From: Anaeromyxobacteraceae bacterium
GTDB taxonomy: Bacteria > Myxococcota > Myxococcia > Myxococcales > Anaeromyxobacteraceae
Length of the DNA stretch: 64,000 bases
Direction of reading: 5' to 3'
Assembly (NCBI GenBank): GCA_032654565.1
Contig: JAULAX010000018.1
Location: forward strand, 410,033 to 474,032
The position numbers and the translations under genes were made by a program. Of the stretch, positions 54,795-64,000 are shown piece by piece (position 1 is the first letter of the stretch; the number at the start of each line of letters is the position of its first letter). The notes under the pieces were generated by a model. That model made no database searches, was not told the DNA's origin, and saw only the letters and a program-made list of their open reading frames with translations.

Positions 54795-57050
54795 TCAACG
54801 TCGCGCCGCCTCGAAGGCGCAGCGCCGGATCCCGGCCTCGGCGCGGGCCCGGTCGGCGCCCCCGGTGGCCTCGGCGTGCAGCGCGGCCCACTCGGCGGCC
54901 CCGTCGCCGGTCGCCCCGGCCAGGCAGCGGGTCTCGGCGAGCAGGGCGCGGGTCTCCTGCCGCAGCAGCGCGGGGAGCGGGCCTGCGGCGGCACGCCGGA
55001 GCAGCGGGAGCGCCTCGGCGACCTCGCCGCGGGCCAGGTGGGCCCGCGCCGCCAGGTAGTCGGTGAGCGGCCGCTCCAGCCGCTCCAGCCCGGGGAGCGC
55101 CGCGGCGGTGTCGGCCTGTCCCAGCAGCCAGGGTCGCGCCAGCCGCGCCAGCGCGGGATCGGCCAGGGCCGCCAGCTTGGCCTCCAGCAGGCGCCGTTCG
55201 TGCCGCTCGCCGCCGGCGTCGAGCGCCGCCAGCCACCCGGCGGCGGCCGCGTCCGGCTGGTCGCGCCGCCAGGCCAGGTCGGCCCGCGCCGAGGCCAGCG
55301 CCGCCGAGAGCGACGGGTCGGCGTCGCCCGCCGCCTGCGCCGCCTCCTGGTAGGCCGCCCCGGCCTCGTCGAGGGCGCCGCTGCGCGCCAGCAGGTCGCC
55401 GGCGCTCTTCAGCGGCCCGACCCGGCCGGTGAGCGCCGCCACCCGCCGCAGCTGGGCGCAGGCCACGGCGACGCGCCCGTGGCCGGCCTCGGACCAGGCC
55501 CGCTCCTCCAGCGCCGCCACCTCGCGGGCGCAGGGGACGGCGAAGAGGGCGGGGCGGGCGAAGCGGGCCCGGGCCGCCGCGGCCAGCCCCGGGGGGCGAG
55601 GCCGCACCGCCAGGAAGTCCCGCCAGTCGGCCACCAGCGACGCCAGCGGCCGGCCGGTGGCCGCCTCGAAGTCGCCGCTCCGGTAGAGCCGGGCCACCGT
55701 CGCGCTCCCGTGGCGCTCCAGCAGGAAGGCCACCAGGCTGCCGGCCGCCGTGTAGGCGCGGGCCGGGGCGGTGGACCAGAAGCCGGCCGGGCCGAGCTGC
55801 CCGGCCACGTCGGGGATCATCCCCAGGTCCCCCAGCGCCGCGCTCCACTCGTGGACGGTCCAGCTGCCGCGCGGCAGCTCCAGCGCCACCGCCAGCCCTT
55901 CCACCAGCCCCGCCGACACCAGCACGCCGGCCCGGGCCGGGACGCCCAGCGGCCCGGGGTCGAGCGCCGCGGCCACGGCGTGGACCAGCTCGTGGCGCAG
56001 CACCGGGTGGGGGAGGCCGGCCTGGGTGAGGTGGATCTCGCGGAGCCACGGCTTGGTGAAGTTGGTGGCGCCGGCGCCGACGTGGCGGCGCTTCTCCTCG
56101 TCGCTGCGGTGGAAGAAGACCGTGACCCGCGGCGGCGACGCCAGGCCGAGCGCGGCGGCGAGGTCGGCGGCGTGGAACTCGCAGTCGGCCGCCAGGGCGG
56201 CGCGGGCCGGGGCCTTGAGCTCGGCGGGGAAGATGAGCGTGCAGGCGGCGCCGTCGCTCCGGCCGCCCAGGGCCGCGGCGATGGCGGCGCGGTCCCCGTC
56301 CAGCACCCGGGCCCGCAGCTGGACCCGCAGGCCGGTGAAGGCGGCCAGCGCCAGCCCCAGGGCCAGCGCCGCGACCCGGGCCCGGCGGGCGTCGTGGCGG
56401 AGGGCGGCGGCCAGCGTGGCGCCGGCCCCCACCGCCACCGCCAGCGCCACCGTCGCGGCGCGGAAGAGCAGCAGGCGGGCGTCGAGCCGGAGCGCCTCGT
56501 CGTAGAGCGGCCCGGGCCAGATGCCCAGCAGGTGGTCGAGCGCGAAGGCGGCCGGCCCGCGCCAGGCCTCCAGCAGCGTCCAGCCGGCCGAGCCGAGCAG
56601 GGCCAGCGCCAGGCCGGCGGCCAGCCGGGCCCGCCGACCGGCCCAGGCCAGCGCCGCCGAGAGCGCCGCCGCCAGCCACGCCGAGGGGAGGGCCAGCACC
56701 GGGAAGAAGGCGGCGCCGTCGAGGGCGCGGCAGGGGCCGAGCGCGGCGCGGACCGCCACCGCCAGGAAGAGGAGCGCCAGCAGCGCCGTCGAGGCCAGCG
56801 CCGCCGCCAGCCCCGCCACCGCCGGTGAACCCCGGTGGCGGGCCCGCTCGGCGCTGGCCGCCCACCAGCCCAGGGGCGGCGCCAGGGCCAGCCCGAGCCA
56901 GGCGCCCACCTCGCCCAGCTCGAAGCCGGGCACGTCGAGGAGCGGCAGCAGGCCGCCGAGCGCGCCGAGCAGCAGCAGCAGGGCGGCGGCGGCCCGGACG
57001 GCGGGGCGGCGCAGGAGCTGGGCGGCGAGGGCGAGGGCGGGTCGGAGCAC
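54795..57050 (-). CDS. Large polytopic membrane protein with an HExxH metallopeptidase-like motif and a TPR-like C-terminal region
   Basis: About 8 N-terminal TM helices, ..PVLRHELVHAVAA.., then Ala/Leu/Arg-rich helical repeats. GTG start at 57050. Confidence 0.65.
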   Translation of the reverse strand: MLRPALALAAQLLRRPAVRAAAALLLLLGALGGLLPLLDVPGFELGEVGAWLGLALAPPLGWWAASAERARHRGSPAVAGLAAALASTALLALLFLAVAVRAALGPCRALDGAAFFPVLALPSAWLAAALSAALAWAGRRARLAAGLALALLGSAGWTLLEAWRGPAAFALDHLLGIWPGPLYDEALRLDARLLLFRAATVALAVAVGAGATLAAALRHDARRARVAALALGLALAAFTGLRVQLRARVLDGDRAAIAAALGGRSDGAACTLIFPAELKAPARAALAADCEFHAADLAAALGLASPPRVTVFFHRSDEEKRRHVGAGATNFTKPWLREIHLTQAGLPHPVLRHELVHAVAAALDPGPLGVPARAGVLVSAGLVEGLAVALELPRGSWTVHEWSAALGDLGMIPDVAGQLGPAGFWSTAPARAYTAAGSLVAFLLERHGSATVARLYRSGDFEAATGRPLASLVADWRDFLAVRPRPPGLAAAARARFARPALFAVPCAREVAALEERAWSEAGHGRVAVACAQLRRVAALTGRVGPLKSAGDLLARSGALDEAGAAYQEAAQAAGDADPSLSAALASARADLAWRRDQPDAAAAGWLAALDAGGERHERRLLEAKLAALADPALARLARPWLLGQADTAAALPGLERLERPLTDYLAARAHLARGEVAEALPLLRRAAAGPLPALLRQETRALLAETRCLAGATGDGAAEWAALHAEATGGADRARAEAGIRRCAFEAARR

Positions 57051-57116
57051 GGTCGGTCGAGGTGGGGCGGGGTGATCCTATCGGTCGGCGAGGCGGAGCG
57101 CTAACATGCCCGCCTC

Positions 57117-57511
<395 letters not shown>

Positions 57512-57515
<4 letters not shown>

Positions 57516-58003
57516 AACAGCGGCACGTCCTCGAACAGCACCCGGTCGCCCGGCCGGACGCCGTGCCGCGCCGCCCAGCCGCCGTTCACCTCCAGCACGT
57601 ACCGGCTGGGGACGCCCGGGTCCCGCGGCGAGGTGGTGAGCGGCTCGGCCCGCTCGATGAGGCCGACCACCCGGCCGCCGTCGTCGATGAAGAGCATGTC
57701 GAGCGGGATCAGGGTGTTCTTCATCCAGAAGGCGCGCGGCTCGCTCGCGGAGAAGAGGAAGAGCATCCCCGCCTCCGGCCCCAGGTCGCGCCGGTTCATC
57801 ATCCCGCGGGTCCGCTCCTCGTCGCTGCGTGCCAGCTCGACGGTCACCGGGAGGCGGGCGCCGGCGGCGGTCAGGACGATCACCCGCGGCGCGACGGCGC
57901 GGGCCGGGGGCGCGGGGGCCGGGGCCGGCTCGGCGGGAGGGCGAGCGGCGCAGGCGGCGACCAGCAGCAGGGCGGCCGCCAGCCGGGCCAGGCGAGGGCT
58001 CAT
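57512..58003 (-). CDS. DUF192-family secreted protein
   Basis: Signal/lipobox-like N-terminus, then ..ERTRGMMNR..L....GMLF.F......FWMKNTLIPLDMLFID..G.V.. Confidence 0.8.
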
Positions 58004-58425
58004 CGCGGGACGGCGCAGTAGCTGGAGAACTGCAGGTCGGCGAGGTAGCTGGCCCGGGTCGCGGCGTCGAGGCCGGCCAGGAAGGCCGGGTCCATCACCA
58101 CCTGCCGGCAGACCAGGCCGGTCTCCGACTTGAAGCAGTCCTTGTCGGAGACGCAGGGCTTGGAGCAATAGCCGCACTGCGAGCCGGCGCAGTCGTAGTA
58201 GCGCTGGCCGGGGAGCTGCGGGGAGACGATGCAGACCAGGTTGTCGCAGCCGGCGTTGCCGGTCTCGAAGTACTCGGAGGAGATGGTGGCCGGGGTCGGC
58301 GCCGGCGGCGCGCCCGCCGCGGTGTTCCAGAGCAGCTCGCAGCGCTGGCCCACGTCGGGGGACTGGCAGCCCGCCAGCAAGGTGCTGGCGAGGATCATGG
58401 CCAGTGCTGAAGAGGCGAAGCGCAT
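58000..58425 (-). CDS. Cysteine-rich lipoprotein
   Basis: Lipobox ..STLLAGC.. plus about 11 further Cys residues. ATGA coupled to the DUF192 gene. Confidence 0.65.
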   Translation of the reverse strand: MRFASSALAMILASTLLAGCQSPDVGQRCELLWNTAAGAPPAPTPATISSEYFETGNAGCDNLVCIVSPQLPGQRYYDCAGSQCGYCSKPCVSDKDCFKSETGLVCRQVVMDPAFLAGLDAATRASYLADLQFSSYCAVPR

Positions 58426-58578
58426 GGGGAACCAACTCCAACCGTTATCACGGTGCGAGACCACCCAGCAAGGAAGGCCCCCGGGAGGCGCCGCCGCCTC
58501 GGGGCGCGGCGGCCGGCCGCGGTCATTGCCGCCTCCCCGGGCATTCGCTACGATGCCACCGTTCAACCGCGAGCGTAC

Positions 58579-59355
58579 ATGCACAAGGGGCTGATCATCG
58601 GCTGGTTGGTCCTGGCCTTCGGTGCGCCGGCGGGCGCGCAGGAGCTCCAGGGACTCGACCTCTCCGCGCCGGCCAAGGCCGAGGAGCGGAAGCGCGCGCC
58701 GGAGCCGGCCCCGGCCGCCGGCGCCACGCTCTTCGGCGAGCGCGACGTGGCCCTGGGCGACCGGGTCAAGGCGGTCCAGCGCAAGGGCTTCCTCAAGCGC
58801 GGCCGCTTCGAGGTGGCCCCCATCCTCTCCCTCTCGGTGAACGACGCCTACTATCAGAAGGTGGGCGGCGGGCTGCGCCTGGCCTACAGCCTGCAGGACT
58901 CCTTCGCCCTGGCGGTGCGCGGCTCCTACTACACGCCGTTCCGGACCGACAACGTCCGCACCGGCAAGCTGGCCTTCCAGAGCCAGCTGCTCACCTCGCA
59001 GATCTACTCGCAGGCCATGATGGACGGGGTCTGGTCGCCCATCTACGGCAAGGCCGCCTTCCTCGGCGACGCCATCGTCCACTTCGACCTCTTCCTCGCC
59101 GCCGGCTTCGGCGTGGTCTGGAGCGCCACCAGCGACCCGCCGCGCAGCGAGGGGCCGCACCCCGCCGCCGAGCTGGGCGGGGGCGTCCGCTTCTACCCGA
59201 AGGAGTGGATGGCCTTCGAGCTGGGGCTGATGGCCACCTTCTACCCGGACCAGCCCATCGTCTCGGTGCCGGCCACCATCCAGCGGGTCTTCGTCGCCAA
59301 CGTGGGGGTGAGCTTCTTCTTCCCCACCTCCTCCGAGTACGTCTACCCGCAATGA
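58579..59355 (+). CDS. Outer-membrane beta-barrel protein, GltA/GltB/NfsA/NfsB-like (paralog 1)
   Basis: Signal peptide MHKGLIIGWLVLAFGAPAGAQ. Beta-strand pattern. C-terminal ..VGVSFFFPTS.. is shared with the next gene. Confidence 0.65.
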   Translation: MHKGLIIGWLVLAFGAPAGAQELQGLDLSAPAKAEERKRAPEPAPAAGATLFGERDVALGDRVKAVQRKGFLKRGRFEVAPILSLSVNDAYYQKVGGGLRLAYSLQDSFALAVRGSYYTPFRTDNVRTGKLAFQSQLLTSQIYSQAMMDGVWSPIYGKAAFLGDAIVHFDLFLAAGFGVVWSATSDPPRSEGPHPAAELGGGVRFYPKEWMAFELGLMATFYPDQPIVSVPATIQRVFVANVGVSFFFPTSSEYVYPQ

Positions 59356-60137
59356 GCCCCGCCGCCGCCACCACGCGCGCCGCCGGCCTGGCGCTCCTGC
59401 TCGCCGCCCTGGCCCCGGCCCCGGCCCGCGCCGCCAACAAGGCCGACGCCTTCGAGGGGAAGATCCAGCCCATCTCCGGGCAGCTCTACCCCAAGGCCGG
59501 CCGGCTCGAGGTCACGCCGACCGCCGGGCTCTCCTTCAACGACGCCTTCCTCAAGAAGTACACCGGCGGCCTCAAGGTGGGCTGGCACTTCACCGAGTTC
59601 CTCTCGGTGGCCGGCAGCTTCGCCATGGGCACCACGGTGGCCTCAGGCTCGGCGGTCGTCTGCCCCGCCAACCAGGGCTGCCACCCGGCCTCCAAGGCGC
59701 AGCTCTGGCAGGTGCCCGGGGCGATGCGCATGGTCGGCGGCGTCGAGGTGGCCTGGGCGCCGGTCTACGGCAAGCTCAACCTGGCCGCCGAGCAGGTGCT
59801 CCACTTCGACCTCGCCCTCCTGGCCGGCGCCGACTACATCCGCGCCGACGAGGTGCTGGCCCGCGACGCCGCCGAGGCGCTGGCCATCGCCGGCGGCACC
59901 CCCGCCGCCACGGGCACGTTCGGCGGCCACGTCGGCGTCGGCGTCCGCATCTACCTGAGCCGCTTCATGGCCATCCGCCTCGACTTCAAGGACTACGTCT
60001 ACGCGGTCAAGGTCCCCAACTGGATCGAGGGGACCGGCAACCAGCCCCGCACCGACGTGCAGAACCAGCTCTTCTTCGAGCTCGGGCTCTCCTTCTTCTT
60101 CCCCACCAGCCCGCGCCCGGCCGGGGGAGGACCCTGA
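59352..60137 (+). CDS. Outer-membrane beta-barrel protein, GltA/GltB/NfsA/NfsB-like (paralog 2)
   Basis: Signal peptide ..LLLAALAPAPARA. ..GRLEVTPTAGLSFNDAF.. parallels ..GRFEVAPILSLSVNDAY.. in paralog 1. C-terminal ..LGLSFFFPTS.. ATGA coupling. Confidence 0.65.
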   Translation: MSPAAATTRAAGLALLLAALAPAPARAANKADAFEGKIQPISGQLYPKAGRLEVTPTAGLSFNDAFLKKYTGGLKVGWHFTEFLSVAGSFAMGTTVASGSAVVCPANQGCHPASKAQLWQVPGAMRMVGGVEVAWAPVYGKLNLAAEQVLHFDLALLAGADYIRADEVLARDAAEALAIAGGTPAATGTFGGHVGVGVRIYLSRFMAIRLDFKDYVYAVKVPNWIEGTGNQPRTDVQNQLFFELGLSFFFPTSPRPAGGGP

Positions 60138-61984
60138 TGCGCCCCCTCGCCACCGCCGCCGTCCTCCTCGCCCTGGCGCTGGCGGCGCCGGCCCGGGCCC
60201 AGCTGGGGCTCGACCTGGGCGGACCGCCGGCCGAGGCCAGGAAGCCTGATCCCAAGAAGAAGGCGGAGCCGAAGAAGGCCGACCAGAGGAAGCCCGAGCC
60301 GAAGAAGGCGGAGCCGAAGAAGGCCGAGCCGCGGCCGACGGAGACCAGGCCCGCCGAGGTCCGGCCGCCCACGGAGCCCCGGCCGCCCGTCGAGGCCCGG
60401 CCGGCGCCCGAGCCCAGGGCCCCCGCCGAGGTCCGGTCGGCGCCCGGGGGCAAGGTGGTCGACGCCCGGCCACGGATGGAGGCGGCCCGGGCCCTGGCGG
60501 AGCGGAAGAAGCACGAGGCCGCCGCCCTGGCCTTCGACGCCATCCTCCGCGATCCCACGCTCTCCGAGGGGCACGACGAGGCCCGCTACCAGCTGGCCAA
60601 GGCGCTGTCGCTGGCCGGGCTCGACCACTCGGCGCTCAGCTACCTCGACGAGATCCTGGAGCGCGGCCCATCGCGCACCCGCTACTTCCACAGCGCCCTG
60701 GAGTGGCTCTTCAAGGTCAGCCGCTCCACCTCCAGCGAGCAGGAGGTGCTGCCGCGGGTGGCCCGCTACGCCCGCGAGGGCGCGCCGCCCGAGTACCAGG
60801 ACCGCTTCCACTTCCTGCTGGCCAAGTACGAGTTCGAGCGCGGCCGGGCCCTCGAGGAGGCCGGCAAGGCCGAGGAGGCCCGCACCTCCTGGCGCGAGGC
60901 CAGCCGGCTGGCGGCGCTGGTGCGCAAGGAGGCCGGCGCCTCGGCGACCCAGGTGGCCGGGGCCGAGGACGACGGCGACATCTACGGCCGGGCCCAGTTC
61001 ATCGACGGCCTGGCCCGCTTCGCCCTCGCCGACGAACAGTCGGCCAGCGAGAAGTTCAAGGACGTGGTGCGGCTCACCAACCCGCGCAAGGGGCGAGGCG
61101 GCGACGTCGAGCTGCGCGAGCTGGCCTTCCTGCAGCTGGCCCGGCTCCACTACCAGAACCGCCAGAACCGCTACGCCATCTTCTACTACGGCAAGATGCC
61201 GTGGGGCGGGGCCCAGTGGCTGGAGGGGCTCTGGGAGGCCTCCTACGCCCACTACCGCATCGGCGAGCACGAGAAGGCGCTCGGCAACCTGCTGACCCTG
61301 CAGTCGGCCTACTTCAAGGACGAGTACTTTCCCGAGTCCTGGGTGCTCAAGGCCATCGTCTACTACGAGAACTGCCGCTACCCCGAGGCGCGGCAGGTGC
61401 TGGAGAGCTTCACCGCCAGGTACGAGCCGCTCTACGACGAGCTGGTGGCGGTGGCCGGCCGGCCCTCGGCCCCCTCGGTCTTCCTGGAGCAGGCGGTCAG
61501 CCCCCGGGCCCGCCGGGTCGCCTTCACCGATCCCTCCATCAAGCGGCTCTCCGACGCCGCCGCCGCGATCGACGCCGAGGTCGACCACGGCATCGGCGAC
61601 CGCGGCGGTGACTTCCGCGCCTCGCCCCTGGCGGCGACGCTCAAGGAGCGGCTGGCGCGGCAGAAGTCGCAGCTCACCACCGAGGCCGGGCTGCGGGCCC
61701 GCGCCAAGCTGGAGTACGAGCGGGACCAGCTCCGCTCCATGCTGGCCCAGGCGCTGCGCATCTCCATCGAGGTCTCGCGGCAGGAGCGCGAGGCGCTGGA
61801 GGGCTCGCTGGCCGCCGGCAGCCAGGTCGAGGTGGTCAAGGACCTCCGCTGGACCCACGCCGTCTCCGACGAGCACCTCTACTGGCCCTACGAGGGCGAG
61901 TTCTGGCGCGACGAGCTGGGGACCTACTCGTACACGTTGACCAAGGGCTGCAAGGACCGCCCGCCCCGGTCGGCGGGTCGCTGA
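60137..61984 (+). CDS. Secreted TPR-like protein with a Pro/Lys/Glu-rich spacer, GltC/NfsC-like
   Basis: Signal peptide MRPLATAAVLLALALAAPARA, (KKAEP)n/(EPRP)n spacer, then helical-repeat region. Position in the operon is as for nfsC/gltC. Confidence 0.55.
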   Translation: MRPLATAAVLLALALAAPARAQLGLDLGGPPAEARKPDPKKKAEPKKADQRKPEPKKAEPKKAEPRPTETRPAEVRPPTEPRPPVEARPAPEPRAPAEVRSAPGGKVVDARPRMEAARALAERKKHEAAALAFDAILRDPTLSEGHDEARYQLAKALSLAGLDHSALSYLDEILERGPSRTRYFHSALEWLFKVSRSTSSEQEVLPRVARYAREGAPPEYQDRFHFLLAKYEFERGRALEEAGKAEEARTSWREASRLAALVRKEAGASATQVAGAEDDGDIYGRAQFIDGLARFALADEQSASEKFKDVVRLTNPRKGRGGDVELRELAFLQLARLHYQNRQNRYAIFYYGKMPWGGAQWLEGLWEASYAHYRIGEHEKALGNLLTLQSAYFKDEYFPESWVLKAIVYYENCRYPEARQVLESFTARYEPLYDELVAVAGRPSAPSVFLEQAVSPRARRVAFTDPSIKRLSDAAAAIDAEVDHGIGDRGGDFRASPLAATLKERLARQKSQLTTEAGLRARAKLEYERDQLRSMLAQALRISIEVSRQEREALEGSLAAGSQVEVVKDLRWTHAVSDEHLYWPYEGEFWRDELGTYSYTLTKGCKDRPPRSAGR

Positions 61985-62009
61985 GCAGCCGCGCAGGGGG
62001 GAACACCAC

Positions 62010-64000
62010 GTGATCCACACCGACGCCCTCGTCGCCGGCGCCCTGGCGCTGGTCCTGGCGCTCCCCGCGGCCGGGGCGAGCGCCGCCGATCCACGCCCCG
62101 CCCCCGGCGGCGGCTCGCTGGGCCAGAAGCGGAGCGTCGGCCCCGACGCCGCGCTGGAGGGGACGCTGGAGGTGGCCAGGAAGACCGAGCAGGGGCCGGC
62201 CGGCCCCAAGCTGGCCTTCGAGCAGTTCCGCGCCGGCATCGAGGTCAAGCTCTCCGGCAAGCGGCGCGAGGAGATCGCCAGCCTGCAGAAGCTCATCAAG
62301 CTCTCGGCCGGCGACGGCGACAGGGACGCCCCCGGCTACTACTTCCGCCTCGCCGAGCTGCTCTGGGAGGAGTCGCAGTACTTCTTCTTCGAGGCCAACC
62401 GCAAGGACGGCGAGATCATCTCCCTCGCCAAGGGCGATCGCCGGCTGGCCCGCCTCCAGGCGGAGCGCGCCGACGACGACCGGCAGTACAAGGGGCTGCA
62501 GAAGCAGGCGGTGGCCCTCTACCGGGCCATCATCAAGAAGTACCCGAAGTACGAGCGGCTCGACGAGGTGCTCTTCTTCCTGGCCCGCAACCTGCTGCAG
62601 CGCGACCGGGCCGACGAGGACGCCATGAAGGCCTACCGGGCGCTCATCAAGAGCTTCCCCGACTCGCCCTACGTCCCCGACGCCTGGATGGCCTTCGGCG
62701 AGTACTACTTCGAGCGGGCCAACAAGGGCGACCGGATGGGCCAGCTGCAGAAGGCGCTGGAGGCCTACCGGAAGGCCGCCGGCTACCAGGAGAGCTCGGT
62801 CTACGGGTACGCCCTCTACAAGCAGGGCTGGGTGCAGTTCAACCTCGGCAACTTCCCCGCGGCGCTCGACCTCTTCCGCGCCGTCGTCTACTTCGGCGAG
62901 CTGCCCACCTCCTCGGTCCCGGCCGACCGCAAGCTGGCCCTGGTGAAGGAGGCGAGGAAGGACTACGTCCGCACCTGGCCGCACGTGGGGAGCGCCGAGG
63001 CGGCCTGGGAGGACTTCAAGCGGGTCGGCGGCGAGGCCGGGGTGCGCGAAATGATCCGCACCCTCGGTGACATCTACTGGACCGACGGCCAGGACCGGGA
63101 GGCCATCCTGGTCTACCACCGGCTCATCCGCCAGGACCCGGTGGCGCCCGACGCCCCCATGCTCCAGTCGCGCATCGTCACCATGGCGGGCCGGCTGGGG
63201 AACAAGGCGGTGGCGGTGCAGCAGGCCCACGTCTTCGTCAAGGTCCTCGAGGACTTCGAGGCCTCGCCGCGGGGCAAGGACCCGGCCAACGCCAAGCTCA
63301 CCGCCGAGGCCCGCTCCACCGCCGAGAACACCCTGCGCTACCTGGCGCTGCGCTACCACAACGAGTGGAAGAAGTCGGACGACCAGTCGGTGGCCGGGTA
63401 CGCCATCAGCGTCTACGCCGACTACCTGGAGGTCTTCGGGGCCAGCCCCTCCGCCTACGAGATGCGCTTCTTCCACGCCGAGCTGGCCTACGCGCTCGGC
63501 AAGTTCGCCGAGGCCGCCGACGAGTACGACCGGGTGGTGCTCCTCGACGTGGCCGCCATGGAGGGCAAGTCGTCCCAGGCCCGCAGCGGGGAGAGCGGCG
63601 CCAAGGCCGGCAAGTGGTTCAACGACGCCCTCGAGGGGGCGCTCTTCGCCCACGAGGAGGCGGTCAAGGCCCTGCCGCCGCTGGCCGCCCCCCCGGCCGG
63701 CCCCAAGAAGCGGATCGCCCTGGCCCCGGCGCGGCTCAAGCTGGCCGCGGCCTACCAGCGCTACGCCCGCTGGCGGCCCGACGGCAAGCTGGCCTCCAAG
63801 GCCGCCTACCGCGGCGCCAAGCTCTCCTACGACCACTACGACTACGTCGAGGCCATCGACCTCTTCACCCGCGTGGCCCTCGACCACTCCGCCTCCGAGG
63901 AGGCGGAGTACGCCACCAACCTGGTGCTCGACGCCTACAACGAGCTGGCGGACTGGCGGAAGCTCAACGCCTGGTCCAAGCGGTTCTACGCCAACCAGCC
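62010..64000 (+). CDS. Large TPR-repeat protein, GltD(AgmU)/NfsD-like; 5' 663 codons, runs off the right edge
   Basis: Not in the ORF track because there is no stop in the window. GTG 62010, signal peptide VIHTDALVAGALALVLALPAAGASA, then TPR-like repeats (..YYFRLAELLWEE.., ..KYPKYERLDEVLFFLARNL.., ..PDAWMAFGEYYFE.., ..YGYALYKQGWVQFNLGNF..). Confidence 0.6.
   Translation, partial: MIHTDALVAGALALVLALPAAGASAADPRPAPGGGSLGQKRSVGPDAALEGTLEVARKTEQGPAGPKLAFEQFRAGIEVKLSGKRREEIASLQKLIKLSAGDGDRDAPGYYFRLAELLWEESQYFFFEANRKDGEIISLAKGDRRLARLQAERADDDRQYKGLQKQAVALYRAIIKKYPKYERLDEVLFFLARNLLQRDRADEDAMKAYRALIKSFPDSPYVPDAWMAFGEYYFERANKGDRMGQLQKALEAYRKAAGYQESSVYGYALYKQGWVQFNLGNFPAALDLFRAVVYFGELPTSSVPADRKLALVKEARKDYVRTWPHVGSAEAAWEDFKRVGGEAGVREMIRTLGDIYWTDGQDREAILVYHRLIRQDPVAPDAPMLQSRIVTMAGRLGNKAVAVQQAHVFVKVLEDFEASPRGKDPANAKLTAEARSTAENTLRYLALRYHNEWKKSDDQSVAGYAISVYADYLEVFGASPSAYEMRFFHAELAYALGKFAEAADEYDRVVLLDVAAMEGKSSQARSGESGAKAGKWFNDALEGALFAHEEAVKALPPLAAPPAGPKKRIALAPARLKLAAAYQRYARWRPDGKLASKAAYRGAKLSYDHYDYVEAIDLFTRVALDHSASEEAEYATNLVLDAYNELADWRKLNAWSKRFYANQ

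Overview
Very GC-rich (by eye >70% G+C, with extreme GC3) chromosomal segment. Gene content looks like Myxococcota, possibly Anaeromyxobacter; this taxonomic guess is inference only. Most of the window is core housekeeping. Many long ORFs in the supplied track are antisense or off-frame shadows, which is typical of high-GC DNA. I chose frames by family motifs, signal peptides, RBS-like purine tracts and ATGA/GTGA start-stop coupling.

Gene order:
- uvrA (minus strand, runs off the left edge, absent from the ORF track)
- two EamA transporters, a chalcone-isomerase-like protein, BI-1/YccA
- a zinc-ribbon protein, a Hanks-type kinase, a response regulator with an HD-GYP domain
- glgX, rho (with an unusual N-terminus), a long sppA
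- thyX, an acyl-CoA thioesterase, an SRPBCC protein, an FHA protein
- a RAYT-like HUH transposase
- the livFGMH operon plus its binding protein
- a nitroreductase, a frameshifted asd, a peroxiredoxin, an XRE regulator, argJ
- two LuxR-type regulators and a secreted protein
- an HtrA-like protease, an aminotransferase, several hypothetical proteins
- tRNA-Cys, an outer-membrane protein, an epimerase, a molybdopterin oxidoreductase
- a complete, translationally coupled cbb3 oxidase and maturation cluster (ccoN through ccoS)
- a YdjM-like hydrolase, a YiiX-like hydrolase, acnB
- a histidine kinase, a large HExxH/TPR membrane protein, a PilZ protein, a DUF192 protein, a Cys-rich lipoprotein
- the first four genes of a Glt/Nfs-type (gliding or spore-coat machinery) operon, running off the right edge

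Most notable non-genic signal: a family of GTAG-headed, G-rich or palindromic intergenic repeats (core GAACTACTCYGGGACGG). They occur in at least six intergenic regions, and inverted copies bracket the RAYT-like gene. Several tandem minisatellites are also present.

No rRNA, CRISPR array, prophage or complete classical IS element was seen.
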